A stretch of 59,930 bases of DNA, the filler included. It is 7 parts of 7 records of this genome, joined end to end, with 100 filler letters (N's around TTAATTAATTAA, not from the genome) between each part and the next. Parts side by side here need not be neighbours in the genome. Positions count along the whole stretch, not along the records: positions 18,354 to 29,464 come from SRR31156797_28919; positions 29,565 to 34,996 come from SRR31156797_28954; positions 35,097 to 41,844 come from SRR31156797_28957; 4 more parts are not named here. One strand, written 5' to 3'. The position numbers were made by a program, and so were the translations under genes. Below the pieces are notes generated by a model. That model did no database searches and was not told the DNA's origin. It worked only from the letters and a program-made list of their open reading frames with translations. This document shows positions 26,801 to 37,420 of this stretch, piece after piece. The first letter of the stretch is position 1; every line of letters begins with the position of its first letter.

Positions 26801-29280
26801 GCCTGACATCCCCTCCGGAAATTACCATCAATGAGTTGACCCAAGTCTACTACCAGTCCATAGAAAGCGGCAATATCATGACCGCCATAGAAAGTGCCCA
26901 TACCGCCTGCCTGACCGGCCTTTTCGGGAACATGAACCTCGCAAAACTCAGTCAACTGGTTGCAAAATTCGACGAGATTATTTCCCTTTCCCTTCCAGGC
27001 ATCAAATCCCTTCAATCCAACCTGAAAATGATAAGCAGTATTATTCAAGGCCTGTCTTCTCCCCATGAACCTAAAGAAAATATGGCGGGCTTCGGTCTTG
27101 ATAAAAGCGTTACAACGAAAGAACTGCCGATCAACATCCGTCTTTTTTTAAACATTATATTCAGACGGACGGATGCTGCCGCAGAAGATGCAAAAGCGCT
27201 GCTGAAGTATGGCAGCAACTATATCATGATTCCCACAGCATTTTATTCTTTACTTGCGTTGCAGACCAAATCCGATGGCGTAAACGCGGGCGTTCTGGAC
27301 AAATCATACGGACAGATCAAGCGCCGTTCAGAATTCTGCCAAGATAATTATGCCCACAGGCATCACTTGATCCTTGCTGAGCGGTTTAGATTGAAAAAAC
27401 AAACCGACTTAGCGCTGAACCATTACGAGAAGGCGATTTTCCTGGCAAGGGAAAAAGGATTTACCATGGATCAAGCCATTGCATGGGAACTGGCTGCTGA
27501 TCTCCTTAAAGACCTCGGCCTTGAGAAATTATCGGAAATCTATCTGAAAGAAGCCTTTTTAGCATATGAAAAATGGGGAGCCGGCGCAAAACTTCGGCAG
27601 ATTCGGAAATCCAATACATTTTTGTCCAATGAAGCCCCTGTCAATCCAAGTACGCAAAACGCAAGTGCATCACAAGACACAAACAGTTTAATGGACATGC
27701 GCAGCATTGACAGAGCCATCGTGACCCTGGTCAGTGCAGAGGACGGGAATAAACTGCTTCAGCAATTGATGCGCATTCTCCTTCAGAATTCCGGTTCTGA
27801 AAGGGGGTATTTATTGTCCTGCTGGAAAGAAAAAATCATTGTTGAATCCTATGTGTCCATCGAAGAGGAACCGGTTCCCCTGCCGCCGGGAACGCTCATC
27901 GAAAAATACGAATCCATCAGCCACAGCATTGCAAGATTTGTCTGCAGGACAAACAAAAAGGTATTGGCCTCCGATATTACCCAAAATATTCAATTTTCAA
28001 ACACGGCCTATGTCCGGGAAACCGGCTTAAAGTCTGTTCTCTGCATGCCAATTGCCTATCAGAATAAAACGGTGGCCTTTATTTATCTTGAAAATCACCA
28101 GGTAAAAAACAGCTTTAGCGAAAAGCGGTTTCATGTCATTCAGCTCTTGTCCAACCAAATTGCGGCAGCCATGGAAAGGAACCGCCTGAATCGGGAATTG
28201 ATCCAGGAAATAGAGAACAGAAAAAGCAAGGAACGGGAATTACAAATTACGGTTAACCGGCTCAACAAGCTGAAGAACTCACTTAATGAAGAAAATCAAT
28301 ACCTAAAGGAAGAGATAAGAAACACCCACGGATTTAAAGATATTATCGGCAACAGTTCTGAATTGAAAAAAACATTATACCTGGTAAAACAGGTCATTTC
28401 CTTCGATACCACGACACTTATCCTGGGAGAGTCCGGTACGGGAAAAGAATTGATTGCAAGAAGCATCCATGATTTGAGCCCCCGTAAGGACCGTCCCATG
28501 GTCAAGGTAAACTGCGCGGCACTGCCCGCCACATTAATTGAAAGCGAGCTGTTCGGATATGAAAAGGGCGCATTTACCGGTGCTGTTAAATCTAAAAAGG
28601 GGCGTTTCCTCATGGCCGACGGCGGCACCCTTTTCCTAGATGAAATTGGTGATATGCCCATGGAAGTGCAAGTCAAATTATTGCGGGTGCTTCAGGAGGG
28701 GACCTTTGAACCCCTCGGTTCGGATGAAACCGTAAAGGTTGATGTCCGTGTGGTCGCTGCAACCAACAAAGATCTTGAACAATCCATTCTAAAAGGAAGC
28801 TTCAGGGAAGATTTGTATTACCGCCTCAGTATTTTCCCCATCAACGTACCGGCTTTAAGAGACCGGAAAGAAGATATTCCATTGCTGGTCAGCTATTTTT
28901 TAGAAAAGAAAAACAAAGTGCTGAATAAAAACATCAATCAAGTTTCAAGCCAGGTTATGAAAGCATTAACAGATTATAACTGGCCTGGAAACATAAGAGA
29001 ACTTGAAAATTTCATTGAACGCGCAATGATTCTTTCACAAGGTAGCAGCCTAAGCATTGACCACAATTTCAACAGCTTGTCCGCAGCGCCTTCCCATCTC
29101 TCGGATACAAACTTCAATTCAGCCATGGCGTCCCATATCGTCCACGTTTTGAATATGTGCGGATGGAAGATCAAAGGTGAGGGAAATGCCGCAGATAGAC
29201 TCGGACTGCATCCAAGCACCTTGCGATCAAAAATGAAAAAATTGGGGATTAGACCTGAAAGCCTTTTATATTCGTCCTAA
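23884..29280 (+). CDS. Multidomain sigma54-dependent activator: degenerate Ser/Thr kinase - STAND-type AAA - helical repeats - GAF - sigma54 AAA+ - Fis HTH
   Basis: YKSPEQAGR and DFYSLG (kinase fold); GYSGVGKT and FLDDLQWVD; KSVLCMPI...IYLEN (GAF); GESGTGKE, ESELFGYEKGAFTGA, FLDEIG and WPGNIREL; AADRLGLHPSTLRSKMKKLGI. ATG at 23884 follows GGAG. Confidence 0.9.
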   Translation: MEIEGYRIEKTLLKTGRLSVHLASKDAGTDRFLLKTVLKKKSDPDFEARLLCEFDVAKKAASLNGILYPITLVQNAKLMGLVYADADLLPLSQCLSRVEDRILFALQVGFQLSHIIFRLHKAGFTHHEISPDTIWLDPKKQIVKLMGCGISAAVDNASNRSGFDTKAYWLYKSPEQAGRLSKTVDRRTDFYSLGAVLFTILAGRPPFDGKDAFEVIHSHIAKSIPDLKEIVPQTPPVLSDIIRKLMSKSADDRYQQSASIMVDLKRCLDALADNTAIPRFRLDILFDSNLFEYPNAIYGRDAELASLSDALDHVVGGASSFAMVSGYSGVGKTSLIKSFGGNIPLDKGYFAVGKYEPITSTIPYSGILKALEHIARLILMETDAVYQRIREQLISGLGGNVGVITNLIPQFEPILGKAPFRSDVAVIESRSRLHKCIKTIIEVLCAPKEFMVIFLDDLQWVDQASLELINSIAGSEGLFLIGAYRENEVPSTHILKKTLSKIEKRGVPVNALSLDGLGLKNIEQIFKEALSLKENECASLARTVYDKTGGNPIITKEFIELLVKKKQIHLNDRMEWAWHIDEIERIEINQDLDTLARQKLNRLEKKTGHTISVAAVIGNTFHEDELATQKETSIEEIRGQLEMACKNNVLISLGKGLYQFEHDRLQEAAYKMIPDHEKEQIHLRLGKSIAKDANRDKNNIFRHITHLNFAHHLMNEKNEKIQLARLNLTAGKQAKDVAAFSESYRYFITGIKILGERAWEQSYALTLELYFQASILAYLSGSFEESEQMSQAIIQNGVTDIDRTLGYEGQIECAIFLDNPDKAVRVLLHALNRLGISMPSPESREAVIKETLKLKKIAHLILEVPCSQVSPMTDTKFQTVMRLLGYGVKATGWHDYLYYWIFVGKMLKITQEHGFTDESAFGLVAAGGAFCHLLEEYSLGRRVAEYGLEYIEKSKSTKWHLDAQTYFHEEITCLTSPPEITINELTQVYYQSIESGNIMTAIESAHTACLTGLFGNMNLAKLSQLVAKFDEIISLSLPGIKSLQSNLKMISSIIQGLSSPHEPKENMAGFGLDKSVTTKELPINIRLFLNIIFRRTDAAAEDAKALLKYGSNYIMIPTAFYSLLALQTKSDGVNAGVLDKSYGQIKRRSEFCQDNYAHRHHLILAERFRLKKQTDLALNHYEKAIFLAREKGFTMDQAIAWELAADLLKDLGLEKLSEIYLKEAFLAYEKWGAGAKLRQIRKSNTFLSNEAPVNPSTQNASASQDTNSLMDMRSIDRAIVTLVSAEDGNKLLQQLMRILLQNSGSERGYLLSCWKEKIIVESYVSIEEEPVPLPPGTLIEKYESISHSIARFVCRTNKKVLASDITQNIQFSNTAYVRETGLKSVLCMPIAYQNKTVAFIYLENHQVKNSFSEKRFHVIQLLSNQIAAAMERNRLNRELIQEIENRKSKERELQITVNRLNKLKNSLNEENQYLKEEIRNTHGFKDIIGNSSELKKTLYLVKQVISFDTTTLILGESGTGKELIARSIHDLSPRKDRPMVKVNCAALPATLIESELFGYEKGAFTGAVKSKKGRFLMADGGTLFLDEIGDMPMEVQVKLLRVLQEGTFEPLGSDETVKVDVRVVAATNKDLEQSILKGSFREDLYYRLSIFPINVPALRDRKEDIPLLVSYFLEKKNKVLNKNINQVSSQVMKALTDYNWPGNIRELENFIERAMILSQGSSLSIDHNFNSLSAAPSHLSDTNFNSAMASHIVHVLNMCGWKIKGEGNAADRLGLHPSTLRSKMKKLGIRPESLLYSS

Positions 29281-29464
29281 TTGAGGCTGCATTAAAATTG
29301 ATGATCAAAATGATATATTTTAGGCTGACATCCTTGAAAAAAGTTAGTAATTTAAATGTACTGGTATTAGCCGTCGTTTCTTCTCCCAATCCCCAACCAC
29401 AACATATGGTATGTGTTTATATTCTAAACTTGGGGCCCAAAAATCAAGATTATGCCCTGTTTAA

Positions 29465-29564
29465 NNNNNNNNNNNNNNNNNNNNNNNNNNNNNNNNNNNN
29501 NNNNNNNNTTAATTAATTAANNNNNNNNNNNNNNNNNNNNNNNNNNNNNNNNNNNNNNNNNNNN
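29465..29564. other. Artificial contig spacer
   Basis: N run with TTAATTAATTAA. Confidence 0.99.
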
Positions 29565-29565
29565 T

Positions 29566-32205
29566 GGTATTGGTACAATTAACAATAGTGATCCTTTATA
29601 CATTGTAGATGGAATGGCAGTTGATGGAGGTATCAATTATCTTAACCCATCAGATATTCTATCTGTTGAGGTATTGAAAGATGCTGCTTCTTCGGCAATT
29701 TATGGTGCCAGAGGTGCGAATGGTGTTATTTTGGTAACAACAAAATCTGGTAAACAGGGGAAAGCAACTGTTAGTTACGATTTTTCTTATGGTTTCCAGA
29801 ATCCATGGACTAAAAAATCGGTTTTAAATGCACAGGAATACATGGTTATCATGAATGAAATGCAATTAAACGATGGTAATTCTGCAACTTATACTCCAGA
29901 GCAGGTTGCTAATGCAGGTGAAGGAACCGATTGGCAAGATGAGACGTTTAATTATGATGCGCCAGTTCAAAATCATCAAGTTAGTATAAGTGGAGGAACA
30001 GATAAGTCTAATTATTTTGTGTCTTTTGGTTATTTCAATCAAGAAGGTATTGTTGGAGGTAATTTTGATAAATCAAACTTTGAGCGTTATAGTTTACGTG
30101 TAAATAATACATATAATATTTTTGATGAGGATCGTCAACTTTTTAAGAGTTTGAAGGTTGGAATCAACTCAGGTTATACAAGAATAAAATCTACAGGAAT
30201 TGAAACCAATTCTGAGTATGGTTCAGTTTTGGGAAGTGCATTGGCATTCGATCCAAGTGTATCTGTATATGCTGCCGATCCTGATGCTGTTTTAGCTGCT
30301 CACCCAACTGCAGTAACCGATTCAAAAGGAAGAGTATTTTCACTTCCTCCATCAGGTTTCCAGGAAATTGCTAACCCAGTTGCAATGTTAAATGCTCCTG
30401 ATAATTCAGAAGATAATTCCGATAAATTCGTAGCTACACTTTGGGCTGAATTGGAAATCATTAAGGACTTAAAATTCAAATCCAGCTATGGTGTTGATTT
30501 GGCATTTTGGGGGAATGATGGATATAGATTTGCTTACTATCTAACTTCACAAGGAAAAAATTACGATCGTAGTTCAGTTTGGTCTAGTATGAATAGAGGT
30601 TACAACTGGCAGATCGAGAATACATTGCATTATACAAAAACAATTAATGAGAAGCATAACTTCTCAGCTTTGTTGGGGCAATCTTCTAAGGAATATACTT
30701 ATAGAAACTTGTCGGGAACCGATTATGATTTATTAGAAGAGAATCCTTCAAAGGCAGTAATTGATTATGCAATTGCTGATCAGGATGATGAAACTGTTTC
30801 AGGTGGAACCGGTGGTTATACTTCTAAAACCTTGGCATCTTATTTTGCACGTGTAGATTATAATTTTGATGAAAAATATATGTTTCAAGCAACTGTCCGT
30901 CGCGATGGTTCTTCGAACTTTGGTCCAAACAATAAGTGGGCAACTTTCCCATCATTTTCGGTAGGTTGGAATGTAACCAATGAATCCTTTATGGATGGAA
31001 TGCCAGAATGGTTAGATTATTTGAAAGTACGTGCCAGCTGGGGGAGAAATGGTAATGAAAATATTGATGCTTTCTCATACACAAGTTTGATGGATGGTGG
31101 AACTAACTATTATTTCGGTTCTGGTGATTATTCAACAATGCAGTATGGATCTAATGCTTCAAGAATTGCGAATCCAGATGTAAAATGGGAAGAGTCAGAG
31201 CAAATTGATGTTGGATTTGATTTGAGATTATTCAATCATGCACTATCGATTGGTTTCGATTACTTTAAGAAAGATACTGAGGGAATGTTGATTGCTCAGC
31301 CAATTCCTAGCTACGTTGGAAAAGGTGCTCCTATGGCCAATGCAGGTGATATGGAAAATCAAGGAATTGAATTTGAAATTACTTGGAAAGATAATATCGG
31401 AGACCTGAATTACTCAGTTAGTGCACAAGCATCATATATCAAGAATAAGTTGGTTGATATGGGTAATGATTCAGGTGAAGCTATTTATGAGAGTAATAGT
31501 ACATCAGGTATTGGTAGCTACGTAAAAGGACAGAACGGTGAAGTTTTCCCATATTTCTATGGATTTAAAACTGATGGGCTAATACAGAATGATGCAGAAG
31601 CAGCATTATATAACAACGCCTTTGGTGAATCTGCAATGCCAGGAGATGTTCGTTTTGTTGATTATAACAATGATGGTTTAATTAATGATGACGACAGAAC
31701 CAAAATTGGTAAAGGAATGGCAGATTGGACATTCGGTTTAAACATTACTGCAGACTATAAAAATTTCGATTTTGCAGCTTTCTTCCAGGGAAGTTATGGT
31801 AATGATATCTACGATTTTTCTCAAAGAGCTGATATTCCTAATATGAACCGTGCATCATGGATTTTGAATCGTTGGAGAGGAGAAGGAACATCTAATTCTA
31901 TTCCAAGGGTAACTTCTGAAGATCCAAATAACAACTCACGCTCTTCTGACCTGTATGTTAAAGATGGATCATATATCAGATTAAAGACTATTCAGTTAGG
32001 ATATACAATTCCTTCTTCAATAATAAGTAAAGATATTATTAAAAAATTCAGAGTTTATGTAGCAGCAGAGAACTTGTTTACATTAACTGATTATGAAGGG
32101 TTTGAGCCGGAAGTTGCTTCTGGAAGTTATACTACTATTGGTGTTGATAAAGGAGTTTATCCACAATCACGCACCATTACATTTGGAGCAAACATTACTT
32201 TCTAA
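29566..32205 (+). CDS. susC: SusC/RagA TonB-dependent transporter (5' end truncated)
   Basis: DPLYIVDG, LKDAASSAIYGARGANGVILVTTK, RRDGSSNFG and C-terminal YPQSRTITFGANITF. Confidence 0.95.
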   Translation, partial: GIGTINNSDPLYIVDGMAVDGGINYLNPSDILSVEVLKDAASSAIYGARGANGVILVTTKSGKQGKATVSYDFSYGFQNPWTKKSVLNAQEYMVIMNEMQLNDGNSATYTPEQVANAGEGTDWQDETFNYDAPVQNHQVSISGGTDKSNYFVSFGYFNQEGIVGGNFDKSNFERYSLRVNNTYNIFDEDRQLFKSLKVGINSGYTRIKSTGIETNSEYGSVLGSALAFDPSVSVYAADPDAVLAAHPTAVTDSKGRVFSLPPSGFQEIANPVAMLNAPDNSEDNSDKFVATLWAELEIIKDLKFKSSYGVDLAFWGNDGYRFAYYLTSQGKNYDRSSVWSSMNRGYNWQIENTLHYTKTINEKHNFSALLGQSSKEYTYRNLSGTDYDLLEENPSKAVIDYAIADQDDETVSGGTGGYTSKTLASYFARVDYNFDEKYMFQATVRRDGSSNFGPNNKWATFPSFSVGWNVTNESFMDGMPEWLDYLKVRASWGRNGNENIDAFSYTSLMDGGTNYYFGSGDYSTMQYGSNASRIANPDVKWEESEQIDVGFDLRLFNHALSIGFDYFKKDTEGMLIAQPIPSYVGKGAPMANAGDMENQGIEFEITWKDNIGDLNYSVSAQASYIKNKLVDMGNDSGEAIYESNSTSGIGSYVKGQNGEVFPYFYGFKTDGLIQNDAEAALYNNAFGESAMPGDVRFVDYNNDGLINDDDRTKIGKGMADWTFGLNITADYKNFDFAAFFQGSYGNDIYDFSQRADIPNMNRASWILNRWRGEGTSNSIPRVTSEDPNNNSRSSDLYVKDGSYIRLKTIQLGYTIPSSIISKDIIKKFRVYVAAENLFTLTDYEGFEPEVASGSYTTIGVDKGVYPQSRTITFGANITF

Positions 32206-32212
32206 CTCAAAA

Positions 32213-33745
32213 ATGAAAAATATTATGAATAAATATATAAAAACATTATTCTTTGCTGCTTTGATAGGATTTACATCCTGCAGCGATGACTTTTTAACCG
32301 TGGAGCCCACTTCTTCACAAGAGGCAGGGGGAGATGCTACAAATGGAGCGATCTTATCGAATTTAGGTTCTGCATATCAAATTCTATTATTTGATAGTTA
32401 TGCTGATTTTCAATACAACAGTGTGCCGTTGATGTCAGATCTAATGTCTGATGATATTTATAAAGGTGGTGGATCTGCAGGAGACCAGCAGGTATTATAT
32501 AATATGTCTCAGTACAATTTAAATGGCGATTTAACTGCAAGCGGTCTTTGGAATATTTATTTTGCTGGCTTAAGTCGTTGTAATGGTGTAATTACTGCTT
32601 GCGAAAATGCGGTTGGTGTTGATGAAACAAGTTTGAATCAATATAAAGCTGAGGCTCATTTCCTAAGAGCATATTATGTGCATTGGTTGTGGAAATTCTG
32701 GGGTAACATTCCTTATTTCGAAGAAGAATTGGAAGCACCTTATTTCGCTCCTCAGTTAACTGCAGATCAGATTTATGCGGAGTTGATTGAAGATGTAGAC
32801 TTTGCAATTGCTGGAGATAAGTTGCCATTGCAAACAACTGCTTCTAACGATGGTAGAGCTACTAAAGCTGCCGCAATGATGCTAAAGGCAAGAATCGTAA
32901 TGTATCAAAAAGATCAAAGTAAATATGCTGAGGTTTTAGCAGATATGGAAGCGATTTATAATAGTTCAGAATTCCAATTGGCAGATTATGCCTCTATTTG
33001 GGATAGAAGTGGTGAATTTGGTTCAGGATCTATTTTTGAAGCAAATCATTTACCTGAGGGTAAAGATTGGGGTGCTGCATGGACAGGTTACGGAACTAAC
33101 CTACCTACATTTATTTCTCCTAACGAATTAGGTGGTACCGATTTGTTAAGTGGATCAACAGACTATCAAGGTGGATGGGGATTTGCTCCCGTTCGTGCTG
33201 AGATAGTAGATATTTTCGAAGGTGGAGATACAAGATTGGCTGCCTCAGTTAATCAGTTCGAAGATGGAACTTACACTGCTCGTTTTCAGAATACTGGTTA
33301 CTTTATGGCAAAATATGCCGCTCGTAAGGAGTACAATGATGCACCATATACTGGAGATTTGAATTATGAGAACAATGTACGTATTTTTCGCTATGCTGAA
33401 GCATTATTAAATGCTGCAGAGCTAATTGTTATTCACGGACAAGCTGCCACTACGGGGCTTACTGCAGAAATTTGCATGGATGCTATTAGAGCCAGAGCTG
33501 GAGTAGCTTCTATTCCTGCAACAGCTGAGAATATTAAGCTAGAGCGTAGAAGAGAGTTTATTGGAGAAGGAATGCGTTACTGGGATTTGGTACGATGGGG
33601 AGATACAAGTGTATTAACTGAGAGTAATCCTGACTTTTCTACAGAAAGAACATGGGATGAAACTAGAAAATACTTCCCAATTCCTCAGTCTGAGATCGAT
33701 AAAACTTACGGTGAGTACAAGTTAGTACAAAACTCAGGTTACTAA
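32213..33745 (+). CDS. susD: SusD/RagB glycan-binding lipoprotein
   Basis: Lipobox FTSC, EAHFLRAYY, RYAEALLNAAE, ERRREFIGEGMRYWDLVRW and FPIPQSEI; start moved to MKNIMNK. Confidence 0.93.
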   Translation: MKNIMNKYIKTLFFAALIGFTSCSDDFLTVEPTSSQEAGGDATNGAILSNLGSAYQILLFDSYADFQYNSVPLMSDLMSDDIYKGGGSAGDQQVLYNMSQYNLNGDLTASGLWNIYFAGLSRCNGVITACENAVGVDETSLNQYKAEAHFLRAYYVHWLWKFWGNIPYFEEELEAPYFAPQLTADQIYAELIEDVDFAIAGDKLPLQTTASNDGRATKAAAMMLKARIVMYQKDQSKYAEVLADMEAIYNSSEFQLADYASIWDRSGEFGSGSIFEANHLPEGKDWGAAWTGYGTNLPTFISPNELGGTDLLSGSTDYQGGWGFAPVRAEIVDIFEGGDTRLAASVNQFEDGTYTARFQNTGYFMAKYAARKEYNDAPYTGDLNYENNVRIFRYAEALLNAAELIVIHGQAATTGLTAEICMDAIRARAGVASIPATAENIKLERRREFIGEGMRYWDLVRWGDTSVLTESNPDFSTERTWDETRKYFPIPQSEIDKTYGEYKLVQNSGY

Positions 33746-33766
33746 TCACAATTAAATTAAAAAATC

Positions 33767-34996
33767 ATGAAAAATATTATAAAATCAGGATTTGGAATTG
33801 CATTGGCAATGCTGATGATGTTGGTTGCCTGTGATCCAAATGAATTTGATAAATCGGAATTAAATGTTGGTACAGCTCCAACTGCCGATGAAATGAGCTT
33901 TACAGTAACTCAAGGTGAGGATGCTTTTCACTATAAACTGGAAAATTTAACTAATATTTCGGGAGTTGCTACAGTGAAGTGGGATTTCGGAAATGGTTCT
34001 AGTGGAGAGGGAAATAATGTAGTTGCATATTATCCATTACCAGGAGATTATGAAATAACACTAACTATTTCGGCTACCGATGGAACTTCAGGTGTAAAAA
34101 CAATGAGCTTGGAGCAAACCGAAACGGATTATGCATTTCTGGATAGCCCTGTGTTGACAATGATTTCTGGTGGAGCTTCTGTAACAGAAGGAAAGACTTG
34201 GGTAGTGGATAGTTTAGCTTCTGCACATTATGGAATTGGACCAGCAAGTGGAAATTGGCCGGAATGGTGGGCTGCATCTCCTTTGCAGAAAACGGGTTCA
34301 GGATCTTATGATGACGAATTTACATTTAAAATGGTTGATTTTATTTTTGACTATGTAAACAATGGAAATTCGTATGCAAAAGACTACCGTTTAGATGATC
34401 CTAACTATTCTAACCCTGTAGAAGTTGATGGTACTGATGCAAAAGTTGATTTTACGCCTGCCGCTGCAAACTGGTCGTTTTCAGAAACAGATGGTACATA
34501 TTACATTACACTTTCATCAGATAAACCTTCGTTTTTCGGATTTGATTACGGTGCAGTAAACAATGAATATAGAATTGAATCGATTACTGAAACTAACATT
34601 ACCTTAAGTTGTATTGGTGGTGATGGTAACAGGTGGTATAATGGTTTAGTTTTAAAAGGATATGTGAAGCCAACTGTAACTTTTAATGTTGATGTTCAAG
34701 CAACAGGTGAAGAAAATACATGGGCTGTTAGTTTAACAGATCTTGTAATTCCTGATGGATTATTTGTAAATGGTTTCTCTGTTGATTTTGGTGACGGTAG
34801 TGAAGTTATGGAATCGGATGATGCAACAGCATCTCTTGAGAACACCTACATGAGAAAAGGTACTTACCCGATAAGCGTTACTGTTAAGGCATCTAATGAA
34901 GATTTAGCATCTACAAGTTCGATAACTGTTGACAATCATCATTCTGCTTATGTGCCATTTTTACTAGATATGATGGTAATGTATGTTGATAATAGT
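33767..34996 (+). CDS. PKD-domain surface lipoprotein of the PUL (3' end truncated)
   Basis: Lipobox LVAC; two PKD signatures (WDFGNG...GDYEITLT and VDFGDG...GTYPISVT). Confidence 0.8.
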
Positions 34997-35096
34997 NNNN
35001 NNNNNNNNNNNNNNNNNNNNNNNNNNNNNNNNNNNNNNNNTTAATTAATTAANNNNNNNNNNNNNNNNNNNNNNNNNNNNNNNNNNNNNNNNNNNN
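34997..35096. other. Artificial contig spacer
   Basis: N run with TTAATTAATTAA. Confidence 0.99.
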
Positions 35097-37420
35097 CAGC
35101 CGATGCTCCGGCTCCGCTTCCCGTCCCGGAAGGCGAAGTCCCCGGGAAGCCTCAGTTCGAGGGAGCGCCCGGCCGGCTCGCTCTCGGCTCTCGCGGTCTT
35201 CCGTATCTCCAGTCGCCCTTCCCCCTCCTTCATTTCCAGCAGAATGGCATAGCGGTTGTGGCTGCCCTCGCAAAAACAATCCTCACCTTCGTCCTCAACA
35301 TACTCCCTGACCGTCCGGCCTTCGGCGGGATAGAGGTCCCAGACAAGGTTTTCAAAATACCCCGTATCCAGCTTGCGGCAGCCGGGCGCCCGGAACACGA
35401 CCGAGCCTTCCCGTACCAGATAGCGCACGCCCCGGCAGGGAGAATCCAGGGAGACCGTCCGGCCTCCCTCCAGGAACTGTTGGGCCTCGGGATCGTACCA
35501 GCGCTGCCCCCCGGGCAGATAGCAGTCGACCCGGTCCTCCCCCTCCTCCACTGCCGAGAGAACCAGAATATCGTCTCCGAACATATAGTGGACGCAGTCG
35601 GGCTCCACACGGGGATCTTCGGGAAAGACCAGTACCATGGGCCTTTCCATGGGGATGCCCGTCGCCGCGGCCCGTATGGCCGTGTTGTAGATGTAGGGCA
35701 TGAACTCGTAGTGGATCTCCACCAGCTCCCGGATCACATCCAGGGCGGCGGGATAGGACCAGGGCTCGGTGGGCTGCCCGTCGGGATTCCAGGAGTGGAT
35801 GACGAATCGGGGCTGAAAGACGGCGGACTGGCACCAGCGTATGAACTGGGTCTCGTCGGGACGGTCCCCGAAGAAGCCGCCGATATCGTGTCCGTAGAAG
35901 GGGATGCCGCTCAGGCCCAGGCCCAGGCCCATGAAGGTGTTGTACTTCAGGCTCTCCCAGTCGGAGACGTTGTCCCCCGACCAGGTGCGGGCGTAGCTCT
36001 GTATGCCCGTGCTGCCCGAGCGGCTGATGATCCAGGGCCTCTTGCCGGGATTCACCTCGCGCATCACATCCCAGGAGGCCTTTGACATGAGCACGGGGTA
36101 GTGGGGCCGCATCTTCTGGGCCTCCAGGCTGCGGTCCTCCAGCTCGCACTCGTTGTTGTCGTTCCAGATGCCGGTCACGCCGTAGTCCAGAAAGCGTTCC
36201 TTGAGCTGGCTCTTCCACCAGGCCAGGGCTTCGGGATTGGTGAAGTCCAGGAAGGAGGCGTTGTTCCCCCAGTAGTATTCCTTGTACGAGTTGCCTTCGC
36301 CGTCCTTGATAAAATAGCCTTTGGCGCTCAGCTCATCGTAGCGAGGGTGGGTAACCAGAAAGCCCGGCTTGATATTGCAGGCGATATGGTAGCCCCTCTC
36401 CCGAAACCGTCCGATGGAGCGGGCGGGATCGGGAAACTTCTTTTCGTTCCACTCGAAGGTGTAACGCTCCCCGTTGTCGGCCAGCACATAGCCCGAGGAG
36501 AAGTAGAATCCCTCGCAGGGGATGCGGTGTTCTTCGATGCTGTCGAAGTAGCCCCCCACCCTCTCGTCCGCATCGTCGGGGTCGGTGTAGTTCATGGAGG
36601 AGCCCAGGAATCCGAAGGTGAACAGAGGCGGCAGGGAGGGCCGTCCGGTGAGCCATGTATAGGCGTCCAGGATGTCCCAGGGCTCGTCTCCGGTGAAGAG
36701 CACATAGGAAAAGGGGGCTCCCGTCATCTCGACGGAGAAGTAGTAGTCGCTCTCCCGTCCCAGATCGATCTCTCCCAGACAGGGCAGGGGAAAGAAGAGG
36801 CCCGAGACGGTCCCCTCCTCCCGGTTCTGCTTTATCAGGAAGGGGACGGACTTGTAGAGGGGATCGGAGAAGGAGGCGTGATAGCCCAGGGCGTCGCGGT
36901 TGAACATATGGTAGCGTTCCCCCCGCTTGTTCAGCCCTCCGGTCTTGTCTCCCAGTCCGTAAAAGAGATCCCTCTCTTCCATTCTGAAGTTGAGCCGTCC
37001 CCGGGCTTCCTCTCCCCGGCCGCCCAGGATGCGGAAGGGATAGCGGGGCAGGACGGTGTCGCTTGAGCCGATCTCCCCTCCGTGTATCCTCTTCCCGTTC
37101 CGGAAGACCGTAACGACACCGTGGGTGCGGCCGATGTCCACCCGGTCCTCTCCGCAGCTGAGGACGTAGGCGTCCTCTCTCTCTTCGGACAGGCTCCAGC
37201 CGCTCTCCTCCCGGGAGCGATCCCTGTCCCCGTCGAAAAAGATCTCCGAGGCCTCAGTGAAGGCGGGGGTGGCGGGAAAATCATCCAGGGAGTAGGCGAC
37301 CCTGTAGACCCCCCTTCCCAGCGCGCTCAGTCTGAGTTCTCCGTTCTCCCCTTTCAGGACGGCGGAGGGGCCTTCTATCCTGCAACTGTCCAGGCTATGG
37401 ACGGCACGTGCGTGTTTCAA
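35097..37420 (-). CDS. Glycoside hydrolase family 31 (alpha-glucosidase-like), 3' end truncated
   Basis: DPLYKSVPF, GIWNDNNE (nucleophile), TWSGDN, GHDIGGF and PRFVIHS; probable TTG start at 37420 after GGAGGAG, overlapping the permease stop. Confidence 0.9.

Noticed and set aside
29298-29464. 72-aa ORF after the sigma54 activator
   Set aside because: No RBS or motif, runs into the spacer; probably intergenic sequence.
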